Part shown: positions 42,101 through 50,337 of the stretch, piece by piece
Position numbering within the stretch: position 1 is the stretch's first letter
Layout: each line of letters opens with the position of its first letter
The notes under the pieces: model-generated
Told to the model about the DNA's origin: nothing
What the model saw: the letters and a program-made list of their open reading frames with translations, nothing else
Databases searched by the model: none
Position numbers and translations under genes: made by a program
Assembly (NCBI RefSeq): GCF_006345805.1
Contig: NC_043023.1
Coordinates: 5,146,001-5,210,000, forward strand
Length of the DNA: 64,000 bases
Direction: 5' to 3'
Source: Octopus sinensis
Lineage: Eukaryota

Positions 42101-42571
42101 CTGTCCAGATTCCAACTGTCTGCTTTAGCATGGCTTCTATGACTGGATGCCCTTCATAAAACAAACCATTTAATGGAGTGTGCCAGGCGCTTTTTACCTG
42201 TCACTGGCACGTGTGTGTTTACACAGCACTGGTATGGGTGCTTTTTAAGTGGCCCCAGCACCTGAAAGGACAACCTTGTATGTGTGGAAGACAGTGATTT
42301 TACTTAGCTTGAGAATAAAGTATTTTCTCAAATTATGAAAATGTACCACCAAGGGAGCTTATGGTGGTTGTGTGAAGTTTGCAAGGATCCACCTGTGGAA
42401 CACGTGGCAGTTAACGTGTTAATCACACAGGTATGCATGCACAGGGTTAGATAGGTAGATCAAATCTTATAGAGTAGTTATTAATGACCAATATGGCAGG
42501 GTAAGCAAGTAGGAAGATATCTTACCTTATATGGTAGCTATTTCTGCTATAAAGCCTCTCAAAGAGTAATT
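643..42571 (-). CDS. ESPL1: Multi-exon gene, partial: probable separase (separin) N-terminal helical region; continues beyond the left edge, 5' exons unresolved
   Basis: Ten GT-AG exons, each open in the required frame, join with matching phases in two blocks. The peptide is collinear with human separase as recalled from memory: SHFHS~[13 protein letters not shown]~AVLSKSME, PSKQ..KYSQ..FHL~SSKQ..MYFQGLHL, SESC~VDSC, NHELY~SHKLY, FCLRD~KTLRD. The identity is unsearched inference. Confidence 0.65.
1114..1555. repeat. (TACA)n microsatellite
   Basis: Direct inspection. Confidence 0.97.
1669..1793 (-). CDS. ESPL1: Coding exon, 125 nt, phase 2->1: (S)[41 protein letters not shown]
   Basis: Acceptor ctctatttcttgcag, donor GTGAGT; phases fit both neighbours. 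Confidence 0.92.
2075..2460 (+). mobile_element. Degenerate RTE-clade LINE fragment (RT region)
   Basis: Translation ...[23 protein letters not shown]...[12 protein letters not shown]... with stops, resembling RTE ORF sequence. Confidence 0.65.
3094..3254 (-). CDS. ESPL1: Coding exon, 161 nt, phase 0->2: [53 protein letters not shown]
   Basis: Acceptor tctgcttccgatccag, donor GTAAGT; the other two frames contain stops. Confidence 0.9.
3930..4085 (-). mobile_element. Possible hAT transposase C-terminal remnant
   Basis: Minus-strand frame reads [10 protein letters not shown], like the hAT dimerisation motif; short and frameshifted. Confidence 0.3.
4910..5546 (+). mobile_element. 637-bp insertion with 17-bp target-site duplication, probably a 5'-truncated non-LTR retroelement end
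   Basis: TAACAAGTAAACAATAT occurs at 4893-4909 and 5547-5563; the insert ends in AATAAA just before the right copy. Confidence 0.65.
5963..6119 (-). CDS. ESPL1: Coding exon, 157 nt, phase 2->0: (S)[52 protein letters not shown]
   Basis: Acceptor ttttcttcttgcag, donor GTAAAC; joins 6658 and 3254 in frame. Confidence 0.88.
6658..6843 (-). CDS. ESPL1: Coding exon, 186 nt, phase 2->2: [61 protein letters not shown]
   Basis: Acceptor ctttctatattacaaaccag, donor GTACTC (weaker); non-repetitive open frame that fits both neighbours. Confidence 0.85.
6894..7270 (+). mobile_element. tRNA-derived SINE, family A (most abundant in window), full length
   Basis: A-box TGGCTGTGTAG and B-box GGTTCAGTCCC, central (TG)n tract, tail GAAACAAGTAAAAGAG; dozens of full or partial copies occur on both strands. 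Confidence 0.9.
8250..8327 (-). ncRNA. Candidate intronic pre-miRNA-like hairpin
   Basis: 33-position stem (28 Watson-Crick, 2 G-U, 3 mismatches on the minus strand) with a 12-nt loop; no second copy seen in the window. Confidence 0.4.
8518..8812 (+). mobile_element. SINE family B (ggcggcgagctggcag head; GGTCGACTTTGCCTTTCATCCTTTCGGGGTCG core) with an internal 32-bp triplication
   Basis: Other copies at about 3610, 13140, 22130(-), 22835, 36640(-), 39852, 40385(-), 50352 and 52465. Confidence 0.88.
9189..9572 (+). mobile_element. Young tRNA-Arg-like SINE, family C, full length with TSD
   Basis: Head GGAGGCGCAATGGCCCAGTGG with GGACTCGCGG (TCG anticodon-like) and GGTTTCGATTCCC; TSD CAACACATAATA at 9174-9185 and 9575-9586; CpGs retained. 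Confidence 0.9.
9698..9832 (-). CDS. ESPL1: Coding exon, 135 nt, phase 2->2: [44 protein letters not shown](K)
   Basis: Acceptor tatttctctttcag, donor GTAAGT; AA+G joins the 6843 exon in frame. Confidence 0.92.
9858..10049. repeat. (TATG)n/(TACA)n microsatellite just upstream of the 9832 acceptor
   Basis: Direct inspection. Confidence 0.95.
10070..10395 (-). mobile_element. tRNA-derived SINE, family E (second copy at about 58215-58730)
   Basis: Minus-strand head gtgaaggcgcat..ttagagcgtcg..gagttcgaatccc; body shared with 58215-58730. Confidence 0.8.
10481..10680. mobile_element. Fold-back MITE-like palindrome, about 200 bp
   Basis: atttataggaagttaatt..catagagtggccaatg..catccataaatcacttag pairs with ctaagtgatttatggatg..cattggccactctatg..aattaacctcctataaat; the inner arms also pair. 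Confidence 0.75.
10880..11773 (+). mobile_element. Internally deleted mariner element with long (about 250-bp) inverted ends
   Basis: The + strand encodes a decayed mariner N-terminus (..[35 protein letters not shown]..). The right end is the reverse complement of the left end, including the transposase start. Confidence 0.8.
12587..12974 (-). mobile_element. Young SINE family C inserted into an RTE remnant, with TSD
   Basis: Near-identical reverse complement of 9189-9572. TSD GGAGTGACCATGT/GGAGTGACTATGT (12574-12586, 12975-12987) splits the RTE endonuclease motif [10 protein letters not shown]. Confidence 0.9.
13591..13950. repeat. Minisatellite, 12 x 30 bp (TTTTTTATGTGACACCAGCACACAGGTGCT)
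   Basis: Exact 30-nt period; single substitutions only in units 10 and 12. Confidence 0.97.
15130..16420 (-). mobile_element. Penelope-like element remnant: GIY-YIG endonuclease ORF (15893-16300) plus downstream terminal region
   Basis: ORF contains [13 protein letters not shown]...[16 protein letters not shown], the GIY-YIG signature with Cys motif typical of Penelope-like elements. Confidence 0.8.
16818..17218 (+). mobile_element. SINE family A, full length
   Basis: Same head, body and tail as 6894-7270. Confidence 0.9.
17433..18004. repeat. Tandem duplication of a roughly 290-bp otherwise unique segment
   Basis: ctgtattaaac(ac)n..agagttctacacatatg..ctctttttcaagtatgga occurs twice, from 17433 and 17725, with moderate divergence. 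Confidence 0.9.
18988..19381 (+). mobile_element. Non-autonomous Helitron-like element
   Basis: 5' TC in a TA tract, subterminal hairpin CCCGAGCAACGCCGGG, 3' CTAG followed by T; second copy at 44658-45054. Confidence 0.8.
19910..20385 (-). mobile_element. CR1-clade LINE 3' end with microsatellite tail
   Basis: ORF ..[38 protein letters not shown]; 3' (TTA)n tail. Confidence 0.85.
23724..24522 (-). mobile_element. RTE-clade LINE 3' fragment, copy 1 of a tandem pair
   Basis: ..[33 protein letters not shown]..; ends at an (AACC)-like tail. Confidence 0.88.
24605..25410 (-). mobile_element. RTE-clade LINE 3' fragment, copy 2 of a tandem pair
   Basis: Same 5' truncation point (..attgat) and 3' end as copy 1, with independent indels. 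Confidence 0.88.
25603..28440. repeat. Tandem duplication of a roughly 1.35-1.4-kb unit
   Basis: gggcttctttcagtt starts at about 25603 and 26949; ggagtggtacattcttcact at about 26746 and 28137; sequence is collinear throughout. Confidence 0.92.
28800..28821 (-). CDS. ESPL1: 22-nt coding microexon, phase 2->0: (S)WQVLAVY
   Basis: Acceptor ctatatattttacag, donor GTGAGT; open in the phase left by exon 32990-33089. The downstream partner exon was not found. Confidence 0.65.
28850..29075. repeat. (GGT/GAT)n low-complexity tract
   Basis: Direct inspection. Confidence 0.9.
29320..29670 (-). mobile_element. SINE family A, reverse orientation
   Basis: Reverse complement of family A. Confidence 0.85.
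30399..30703. mobile_element. MITE with about 110-bp imperfect TIRs
   Basis: acagttttccttgtatcttcttcgggtagcttttaaatgactgtg pairs with cacagtcatttaaaagctacctgaagaagatgcaaggaaaactgt. Confidence 0.75.
30716..31105 (+). mobile_element. SINE family A, full length
   Basis: Same head, body and tail as 6894-7270. Confidence 0.88.
32076..32237. mobile_element. Short MITE with about 45-bp TIRs in a TA tract
   Basis: taaatataatatgtgacaattattcggtagccatgataaaactct pairs with agagttttatcatggctactgaatgattgtcacatattatattta. Confidence 0.8.
32741..32885. repeat. Compound (TGTC)n(CGTC)n(TATC)n microsatellite
   Basis: Direct inspection. Confidence 0.95.
32990..33089 (-). CDS. ESPL1: Coding exon, 100 nt, phase 1->2: (G)[32 protein letters not shown]
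   Basis: Acceptor tatctttcttatctgcag, donor GTAGGT; single open frame. Confidence 0.88.
34381..34720 (+). mobile_element. SINE family A
   Basis: ggcgcaggagtggctgtgtggtaagtagc head and tail. Confidence 0.88.
35365..35775 (+). mobile_element. Mariner transposase catalytic-domain remnant
   Basis: Decayed translation ..[45 protein letters not shown].. Confidence 0.8.
35780..36625 (-). mobile_element. Degenerate CR1/L2-like LINE fragment
   Basis: Decayed RT-like text on the minus strand (..DFAKAF..); many stops. Confidence 0.45.
37910..37980 (-). CDS. ESPL1: Coding exon, 71 nt, phase 2->1: (R)[23 protein letters not shown](G)
   Basis: Acceptor aatttatttttcag after a long pyrimidine tract, donor GTAAGT; phases fit both neighbours. 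Confidence 0.85.
41385..42030 (+). mobile_element. tRNA-derived SINE interrupted by a solo LTR
   Basis: Head tggcttagtggttagggtgtcagc..ggtttcgattcc; the body resumes after the LTR with ggcccatgagcctggctaggc. A related copy lies on - at about 21220-21530. Confidence 0.75.
41582..41996 (+). mobile_element. Solo LTR, 415 bp, Gypsy-like termini
   Basis: TGTA...TACA ends, 4-bp TSD GGCC at 41578-41581 and 41997-42000, internal AATAAA near 41877, CpG-rich. Confidence 0.85.
42526..42571 (-). CDS. ESPL1: Coding exon, 46 nt, phase 1->2: [14 protein letters not shown](R)
   Basis: Acceptor ttttttttttctccag, donor GTAAGA; only the required frame is open. Confidence 0.82.
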
Positions 42572-42755
42572 CTGGAGAAAAAAAAAACAATATATAAATT
42601 TATGATAAGTTAAAATGGCATAGTTTTGGTGAAGCATTGTGTAGTATAACTTTAGAGAGATTTGTTGCAAAAGGTTGGAACAATGTAAGAAGATACGAAG
42701 TAAAAGGGAAAGGAAAGCGAAACAAAGTTGCAGTTTTAGTTTGTATTTCTATATA

Positions 42756-43267
42756 CCGTAAATCCTCGAGTATAATCTGCATTTTTTTCCCAAAATTTAA
42801 AGGTCAAAATCCCTAGTGAGTATTATACACTAGGTTAGAAATGAAAATTATTTCCTAAGCAATGTCCAAGTCTCTATTTGCTGCCCCGCAATGTTTATTC
42901 AGAAGCATTTTGTGATGTCGGGCGCGAAAATACCTTAAGCTAAGCCTGAAAGCAATGAAGTCATAAAAGAATCATCCATAACTTGCAGTAAGCAACATTT
43001 ATTAAACATTATTACTGTTATTTCTTTATTTTCTGCAAACAAAATGCACAAAAAAGCTACACGTTTGCATTATGTTATATGTACAATAATAATAAAGGAC
43101 GTTACCGTATAAATTTTTACAAACCAAGGACGTTATATAGACCTCCTTGACTCAAGTTAGAGAAGGGGTGCGTATTATACACAAGCCTTAGGTTTTTAAG
43201 AGGTACATCCCTCTAAAAATCCCCTGCGTGTTATACTCAAGGGCGGACTATACTCGAGGATTTACGG
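42756..43267. mobile_element. Tc1/pogo-type MITE, 512 bp
   Basis: TIR CCGTAAATCCTCGAGTATA / TATACTCGAGGATTTACGG with TA on both sides. Confidence 0.88.
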
Positions 43268-43379
43268 TATTGGGATCATGACCCCTTTTCCATTTCCTTT
43301 TTTCAAATGTCCTGATTTTTTCTTCCCTTTTTTCTGTTTCTTTGTTTCTTGGTATTTAAATGTTACTAATAAAATTTCT

Positions 43380-43848
43380 GAAATTATATGAAGGCTTCTC
43401 TCTCTCTCCTGAGTAGAGAAGTGTTTTGCCTGTCTCTAATTTGATCTCTCCGAAAGAGTTCCACCTTACTTCACACATGCCGAATAGCGTGAGGCGATAC
43501 TGGTGCCTCTCCCTCAACACTTGTGTGATTCGACAGAGTGTCAAACACCGACCTGTGGGAAAGAGCTAACCAGGAGCCCATACATGTTCAGATTAGATGA
43601 AGGAAATGGAGATGGATCGGGGACACACTGCAGAAAGAACCCTCAAATGTGATACGACAAGCACTTGACTGTAACCCGCAGGAGAAAAGGAAGCAAGGAC
43701 ACCCGAAGCAAACATGGAAGTGGAGCATTTTGGATGAGCTCAGGAGCACAGGCCTGACATGGGAAGCAGTCAAGAAACATGCAAATGACCGCAAAAAGTG
43801 GAAAACAACTGCTGAGGCCCTATGCTCTACAAGGGGTAAAAAGAACTG
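43380..43848. mobile_element. RTE LINE pieces joined in opposite orientation (endonuclease N-terminus on -, RT 3' end on +)
   Basis: - frame: LFGMCEVRWNSFGEIKLETGKTLLYSG; + frame: QALDCNPQEKRKQGHPKQTWK..DRKKWK..ALCSTRGKKN*. Confidence 0.8.
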
Positions 43849-43851
43849 AGA

Positions 43852-43902
<51 letters not shown>

Positions 43903-43905
43903 TGA

Positions 43906-43936
<31 letters not shown>

Positions 43937-43958
43937 GAGGGAGGATGAGAGGGGGGAG

Positions 43959-44038
<80 letters not shown>
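43848..44038. repeat. (GA)n microsatellite
   Basis: Direct inspection. Confidence 0.97.
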
Positions 44039-44657
44039 CCTTTATATAATTTCAGAAATTTTATTGATAACATTTAAATACCAAGAAACAAAGAAAAAAA
44101 AGAAAGAAAAAGAAAAAAGAAAAAAAGGGGGTGGTTAAGCAGTGGAAGGTGGAGAGGGAGGGTCAATGGGCCACACAAATAGCATGCTCATCCACACTCA
44201 ATGGTCATGACAGTGATGGCATTGATAGGAGAATAGCAGAGGCACATGAAAAGCACCTTTCGGCATTGGGCCTTACAGATGCTGGTGACACGTGAAAAGC
44301 CCCTTCAAGTGTTGGGCTCCATGGAGGAAATAATGAACGACTGAGACCTTTGGCATTATGACATGCCTGAGAAGAAGCCTGATCCATCAAGCCAAATAAA
44401 ATCGCAGTCATGGTATAGATACTGGTGTCATGCAAATGGCACCTGTGCTGGTGGCACATAAAAGCACCCATTTCACTCTCAGAGGGGCTGGCATTGGGAA
44501 GAGCATCCAGCCATAGAAACCATGCCAAATCAGACTGAAGCCTGGTACAGCTTTCCAGCTTGCCAGCCCTGGTCAAACCATCCAACCCATGCCAGCATGG
44601 ACAATGGACAATAAAGGAGGACAATGATGATGATGTGTGTATGTATGTATGTATATA

Positions 44658-45054
44658 TCTTTATATATAAAAGTCAAGTTGTGTGTCTGTCTCCTACGAT
44701 TTAGATTCCTAACAACTCCCACATTTTGCGGTGCAGTTTAACCAAAAGCGGGTATCTTATAGTCGTGATTCATATCGAGCCCTTCTGGGTATTAGCGCAT
44801 GTCTACGATGAGTCTACGATTTTAAAAATAATTTACCATAATGTTTTCCATTTTAATGCATTTTTTTCGCTATTATATAAGGGAAGTAACTCTCTAAAAA
44901 TGTCTACGATGAGTCAACGATTTAAAAAAAATTTACCATAATTTTTTTTCCATTTTTAATGTATTTTTTTGCTATTTTTTGGCTATAACTCTCTAAAAAT
45001 GCTTATATAGTTATTTCCCTTACAAACCCGAGCAACGCCGGGCGATACTGTTAG
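44658..45054 (+). mobile_element. Non-autonomous Helitron-like element, second copy
   Basis: High similarity to 18988-19381; ends TTAG. Confidence 0.8.
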
Positions 45055-45189
45055 TATATATATATATATATATATCTCGTCCATGTATCATATATCTGAG
45101 AAGGAAGCACACTCTAATGCATAGAGCAGTAATATATACATATTGAAATACATTTATATACATACACACACACACACATATATATATAT

Positions 45190-45598
45190 ACTCTTTTACT
45201 TGTTTCAGTCATTGACTGTGGCCATGCTGGAACACCACATTTAGTTGAGCAGATAAATCCTAGGATTTATTCTATGGAAGCCTAGTACTTATTCTATCGA
45301 ACTCTTTTGCCGAACTGCTAAGTTACAGGGATGTAAACACACCAGCATCGGTTGCCAAGCGACGTTGGGTGGACAAACACAGACACACAAACATATACAC
45401 ACACATACATATATATATATGTATATATATACATATATACGACGGGCTTCATTCAGTTTCTGTCTACCAAATCCACTCACAAGGCTTTGGTTGGCCCAAG
45501 GCTATAGTAGAAGACATTTGCCCATAGTGCCACGCAGTGGGATTGAACCCAGAACCATGTAGTTGGTAAGCAAGCTACTTACCACACAGCCACACCTA

Positions 45599-45600
<2 letters not shown>
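45190..45600 (-). mobile_element. SINE family A, reverse orientation
   Basis: Reverse complement of family A. Confidence 0.85.
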
Positions 45601-45646
<46 letters not shown>

Positions 45647-46019
45647 TTTGTACATACATATACAGATAGACACATGCACACACTCATACATAAACACACA
45701 TCTATCTATATATATATAGATATATGTTTTGGTAAGATAGCTGATACCTATCAGTTGTGAAAATATACAACTGAGAGTGTGTGTGTGTGTGCATGCTTAT
45801 CAGATGTACGTGTTTTATGTCTGTGTCTGTGTGTTCGTTACATGACAAACAATATTGACATTTTCCATCATTCTTCATAACAGCAAACAGCTGTGTCTGT
45901 GTGTTTGCTGCACAAACAATAAAGCAAAACTATTTCTGAATGGTAGAATGCTTATCATGCATACACAGGCTTTGAAGGAAAACTGTGTCGAAGACTGTTG
46001 TGTGTGTTTGTGTGTATAC

Positions 46020-46420
46020 TCTTTACTCTTTTACTCTTTTACTTGTTTCAGTCATTTGACTGTGGCCATGCTGGAGCACCGCCTTTAATCGAGCAACTCA
46101 ACCCCGGGACTTATTCTTTGTAAGCCTAGTACTTATTCTATTGGTCTCTTTTGCCGAACTACTAAGTGACAGGGACGTAAACACACCAGCATCGGTTGTC
46201 AAGCAATGCTAGGGGCACAAGCACAAACACACACACACATATATATATACATATATACGACGGGCTTCTTTCAGTTTCCGTCTTCCAAATCCACTCACAA
46301 GGCTTTGGTCGGCCTGAGGCTACAGTAGAAGACACTTGCCCAAGGTGCCACGCAGTGGGACTGAACCCGGAACCATGTAGTGCGTAAGCAAGCTACTTAC
46401 CACACAGCCACTCCTGCACC
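46020..46420 (-). mobile_element. SINE family A, reverse orientation
   Basis: Reverse complement of family A. Confidence 0.85.
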
Positions 46421-46467
46421 TGTGTGGTGTGTGTGTGTGTATATATATATATATATGTATATATATG

Positions 46468-46534
<67 letters not shown>

Positions 46535-47370
46535 CATTTTTCTGGATCTTCAGATTTTTCAATATGCTAGGCCACTGGTTTTAAATTGATATTAATCAAA
46601 TTGATATTCAATTTTTCACCCTTATTAAAATTTATATATATGTGTGTGTGTGTGTGTATGGAAATGCAATGGCCCAGTGGTTAGGGCAGCGGACTTGCGA
46701 TCGCAGGATCATGGTTTTGATTCCCAGACTGGTGTTGTGAGTGTTTATTGAGCGAAAAAACCCTAAAAGCTCCACGAGGCTCCGGCAGAGGGTAGTGGCA
46801 ATCCCTGCTGTACTCTTTTGCTACAACTTTCTCTCACTCTTTCTTCTGTTGGCCTGGTCACTTTGCCAGTGGTGAGGTGTCATTTGAAGGCTAAAACAAT
46901 GCGAAGCGCATTGTGACCAGCGATGTGTAGCAACATCTGATAGCCTGGTCAGTCACGGTGATATATATATATATATATATATATTCAAGGAGGTGCTGAA
47001 AAGTTTTTGGGTATATATATATATAAAATCCGTTGTGTGTGATGTCTGTGTGTCTTCTAGGATCACGTCATCCTCCATCCGATTGTACTCAAATTTGATA
47101 TGTAGATACCGACGTTATCAGGTCGTGTATAAGTCTTGAAAAAATTACAAAAATCGATTCCAAGTGAGAATGCGATCGATAAAGTCATGGGAATGTGCAT
47201 TTGTACATGCAAGAACATCACTCTTTTGCTGGTGTCTCAAATTTAGGTTAAATCAGTGTTTCTCAAAGGGGAGATCTATGGGATGGTCGGACAAATTGTT
47301 TTGAGAAAATTTGGTTTAAATGTTTGACAACTCAGCACCGTCCATTGGACGGGGGGAGGGGGGCCTTTTG

Positions 47371-47437
<67 letters not shown>

Positions 47438-48094
47438 ATATGTATTTATATGGGGAGAATTCACAAAAAAAACAAAAAATGAAGACAGGTGGTGTAGACA
47501 ACAAACAGATGTATTAGTTTTCAATGTTTGGGAAGTGAAAAAGTCTTTAACGTTTCGAGCCTATGCTCTTCCACAGAAAGGAACATGGAGAGAAAATAAA
47601 GAATGTGTAGTGGCTAGCGATGTATCATGGTGAATGCCGGACAGAGGGGTCACACAGCAGAGCTAGGAAGAAGGGGAGATAATAAAGTAGTGGTAATCCC
47701 AAAATTAAGGTGTGTGTGTGTGCATAAGAGAGTATGTATGTGCATGTGGAAGAGGGCTGGTGACCATGACATGTGTGTGTATGTGGGGCTGGGAAGTGGT
47801 CAGTGCTAGGCTTCCTTCATTTTCAGTCTACCAAATCCTCTCACAAGAATTTGGTCGGCCTGAAGCTATAGCAGAAGACACTTGCCCAAAGCGACACACA
47901 ATGGCACTGAACCCAGAACCTTGCTGTTGGCGTTAGGAAGGATATCCAGCTGTAAAAACCATGCCAAGATATTGGATTTTGGTGCAGTCCTCTGGCTTAC
48001 CAGCTCCTCTCAAACTGTCCGATCCATACCAGTATGGAACACTAATGTTAATGATGACGATGATACATATTTGGTGAAAATTTTGCATTATTTA

Positions 48095-48271
48095 CATTAT
48101 TTACATTTGACGGATATTTGTCCTCATCTTGTTTGTTGTTAACACAACATTTTGGCTGATATACCCTCTAGGCTTCTTCAGGTGTCTTGGGGAAATTTCA
48201 AACCTGGGTTCTCATTCCTAAGGTATTCTTCGATGTTATTATTATTATTATTATTATTATTAATATTATTA

Positions 48272-48318
<47 letters not shown>

Positions 48319-48475
48319 ATTATTAATAACATCGAAGAGTACCTTAGGAATGAGAACCCAGGTTCGAAACTTCCCCAAGACACCTGATGAAGGCTGGAGG
48401 GTATATTAGCCGAAATGTTGTGTTAACAATAAACAAGATGAGGACAAATATCCGTAGAATGTAAATAATGTAAAT
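48095..48475. mobile_element. Palindromic Penelope-type element: about 145-bp inverted arms around an (ATT)n spacer
   Basis: 48095-48240 is the reverse complement of 48322-48475; the arms carry a hammerhead-like motif. Confidence 0.75.
48379..48424 (+). ncRNA. Minimal type I hammerhead-ribozyme-like motif
   Basis: GACAC CTGATGA A GGCTG-gagggtatat-TAGCC GAAA TGTT GTGTT: core CUGAUGA/GAAA, 5-bp stem II, stem I GACAC/GTGTT. Activity is not shown. Confidence 0.55.
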
Positions 48476-49744
48476 GTACATAATTCCACATCTCTTAAAT
48501 ATAGAACTGTAATATTTGGTGAAGTTTCTTCAGCTTAAATAAAATGATATTTTACTTCACCTTTGGTATTTGAGTGTAATTTTCCCCAACTGCTTTGTCC
48601 CTATGTGTGCAAATGTGTTTAAGTGACATGTATTAACTATAACAGTAATTGAAAGGGCAGCTTTGTCAATCAGACTGCCATGTTGGTTCTGCCTTAGGAT
48701 TACATTAAGAATACACCGTGTCTGTGGAATAATTAGCCACTTAAACAATAAATCAATGAATATGGAGCTGAGCTGATTAAGCAATTGGATTACTTATTAC
48801 TCTTTGACTCTTTTACTTGTTTCAGTCATATGACTGCAGCCATGCTGGAGCACCGCCTTTAGTTGAGCAAATTGACTCCAGGACTTATTCTTTGTAAGCC
48901 TAGTATTTATTCTATCAGTCTCTTTTGCTGAACTGCTAAGTTACTGGGACATAAACACACCAGCATTGGTTGTCAAGCAATATTGGTGGGGACAAACACA
49001 GACACATAAACATATACACACACACATACATACATCTGCCAGATCAGATTGGAGTCTGGTGCAACCATCTGGTTCACCAGACCTCAGTCAAATCGTCCAA
49101 CCCATGCTAGCATGGAAAACGAACGTTAAATGATGATGATGATGATGATGATATATATATATAAATATACATATATATACTCCTACACGGATCAAAGTGA
49201 CTTTGTTATTGATGTGAAATCCTTGAAATACACCACAACGTCTACAAACTTTTAAACTTCTGAACTTGTTCGTAAAAACTCTCTCCTTGTTTCTTCTGTG
49301 TAGCTTTCTCTTGAAGAGCGTAGGCTCGAAACATAAAAGACTTTTTCTATTTCTATTCCTGAGTGCTATACTAATACATTTGTTTGTTTGTACTCCACCT
49401 GCCTTCGTCCTTTGTTTATTTTCGTAAACCTTCCCGTTATATATATACATATATACGACGGACTTCCTTCAGTTTCCGTCTACCAAATCCACTCACAAGG
49501 CTTTGGTTGACCCAAGGCTATAGTAGAAGACACTTGCCCAAGGTGCCATGCAGTGGGACTTAGCCTGGAACCATGTGTTTGGTAAGCAAGCTACTTACCA
49601 CACAGCCACTCCTACGCCTTGGTCAGTTGTTGAATCAGAACTCTTTGAATGTACACATGGATGGAAACTCACAAGCGCATATGTATGCTTTCTAATATGA
49701 ATATGTTTGGACATTTATATATGGATATATATGAACCCCACCCC

Positions 49745-49878
49745 GCCACCACCACCACCACTACCACCACCACCACCACTACCACCACCACCACCACCAC
49801 CACTACCACCACCACCACCACTACCACCACCACCACCACCACCACTACCACCACCACCACCACTACCACCACCACCAC
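49745..49878. repeat. (CCA/CTA)n trinucleotide tract
   Basis: Direct inspection. Confidence 0.95.
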
Positions 49879-50219
49879 ACATAGTTTGTATGTATTGTGG
49901 CAAGAATATAACACCCTCTGACGAGAACAGACAGAACCACTAGGTATAAATAGTAGCAGTCTGATGTAATTGGCAGTTTGTAGTTTGGTCTTTGAAGTCC
50001 AGGTACAGTTTACAGTTCGAGTTAGTGTGTTGGAAATATTGATCGTCGGTTCGTAAAAGATTGTTGGTTCATTACGTTCCTATTTTGTATTGTTATAACA
50101 CTGTTAGAGTGTATTCTTTATCTATCATGGACAATATCAACCATACTACAATATTGGAGGCACAAGGAAAAAGCGGTATGTATACGTAGGTGCTGGTGTG
50201 GTTGCGTGATAAGAAGCAT

Positions 50220-50337
50220 GCTTACAGCCATATCACGTTGAAAGCACCGGTTCTCGTCCAATCACCCAAGTTAAGCAACGTTGAGCCTAGTAAGTACTTA
50301 GATGGATGACCACTTGGGAAACCTAGGTGCTGTAAGT
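50220..50337 (+). pseudogene. 5S rRNA pseudogene, probably retroposed, with A-rich tail
   Basis: GCTTACAGCCATATCACGTTGAAAGCACCGGTTCTCGTCC...GGTGCTGTAAG is a full-length (about 118 nt) 5S match. Several changes are CpG-type losses (cagcc, ccaatc, gttgag, accact). It is a single copy, followed by gtaaagaaaaaaaaaa. Confidence 0.9.

Noticed and set aside
49896-50150. Possible solo LTR (TG..CA with a TATAAA box)
   Set aside because: No matching target-site duplication could be placed.
50220-50337. Functional 5S rRNA gene
   Set aside because: Isolated copy with CpG decay, altered box C region and an A-rich tail in place of a T-run terminator; called a pseudogene.
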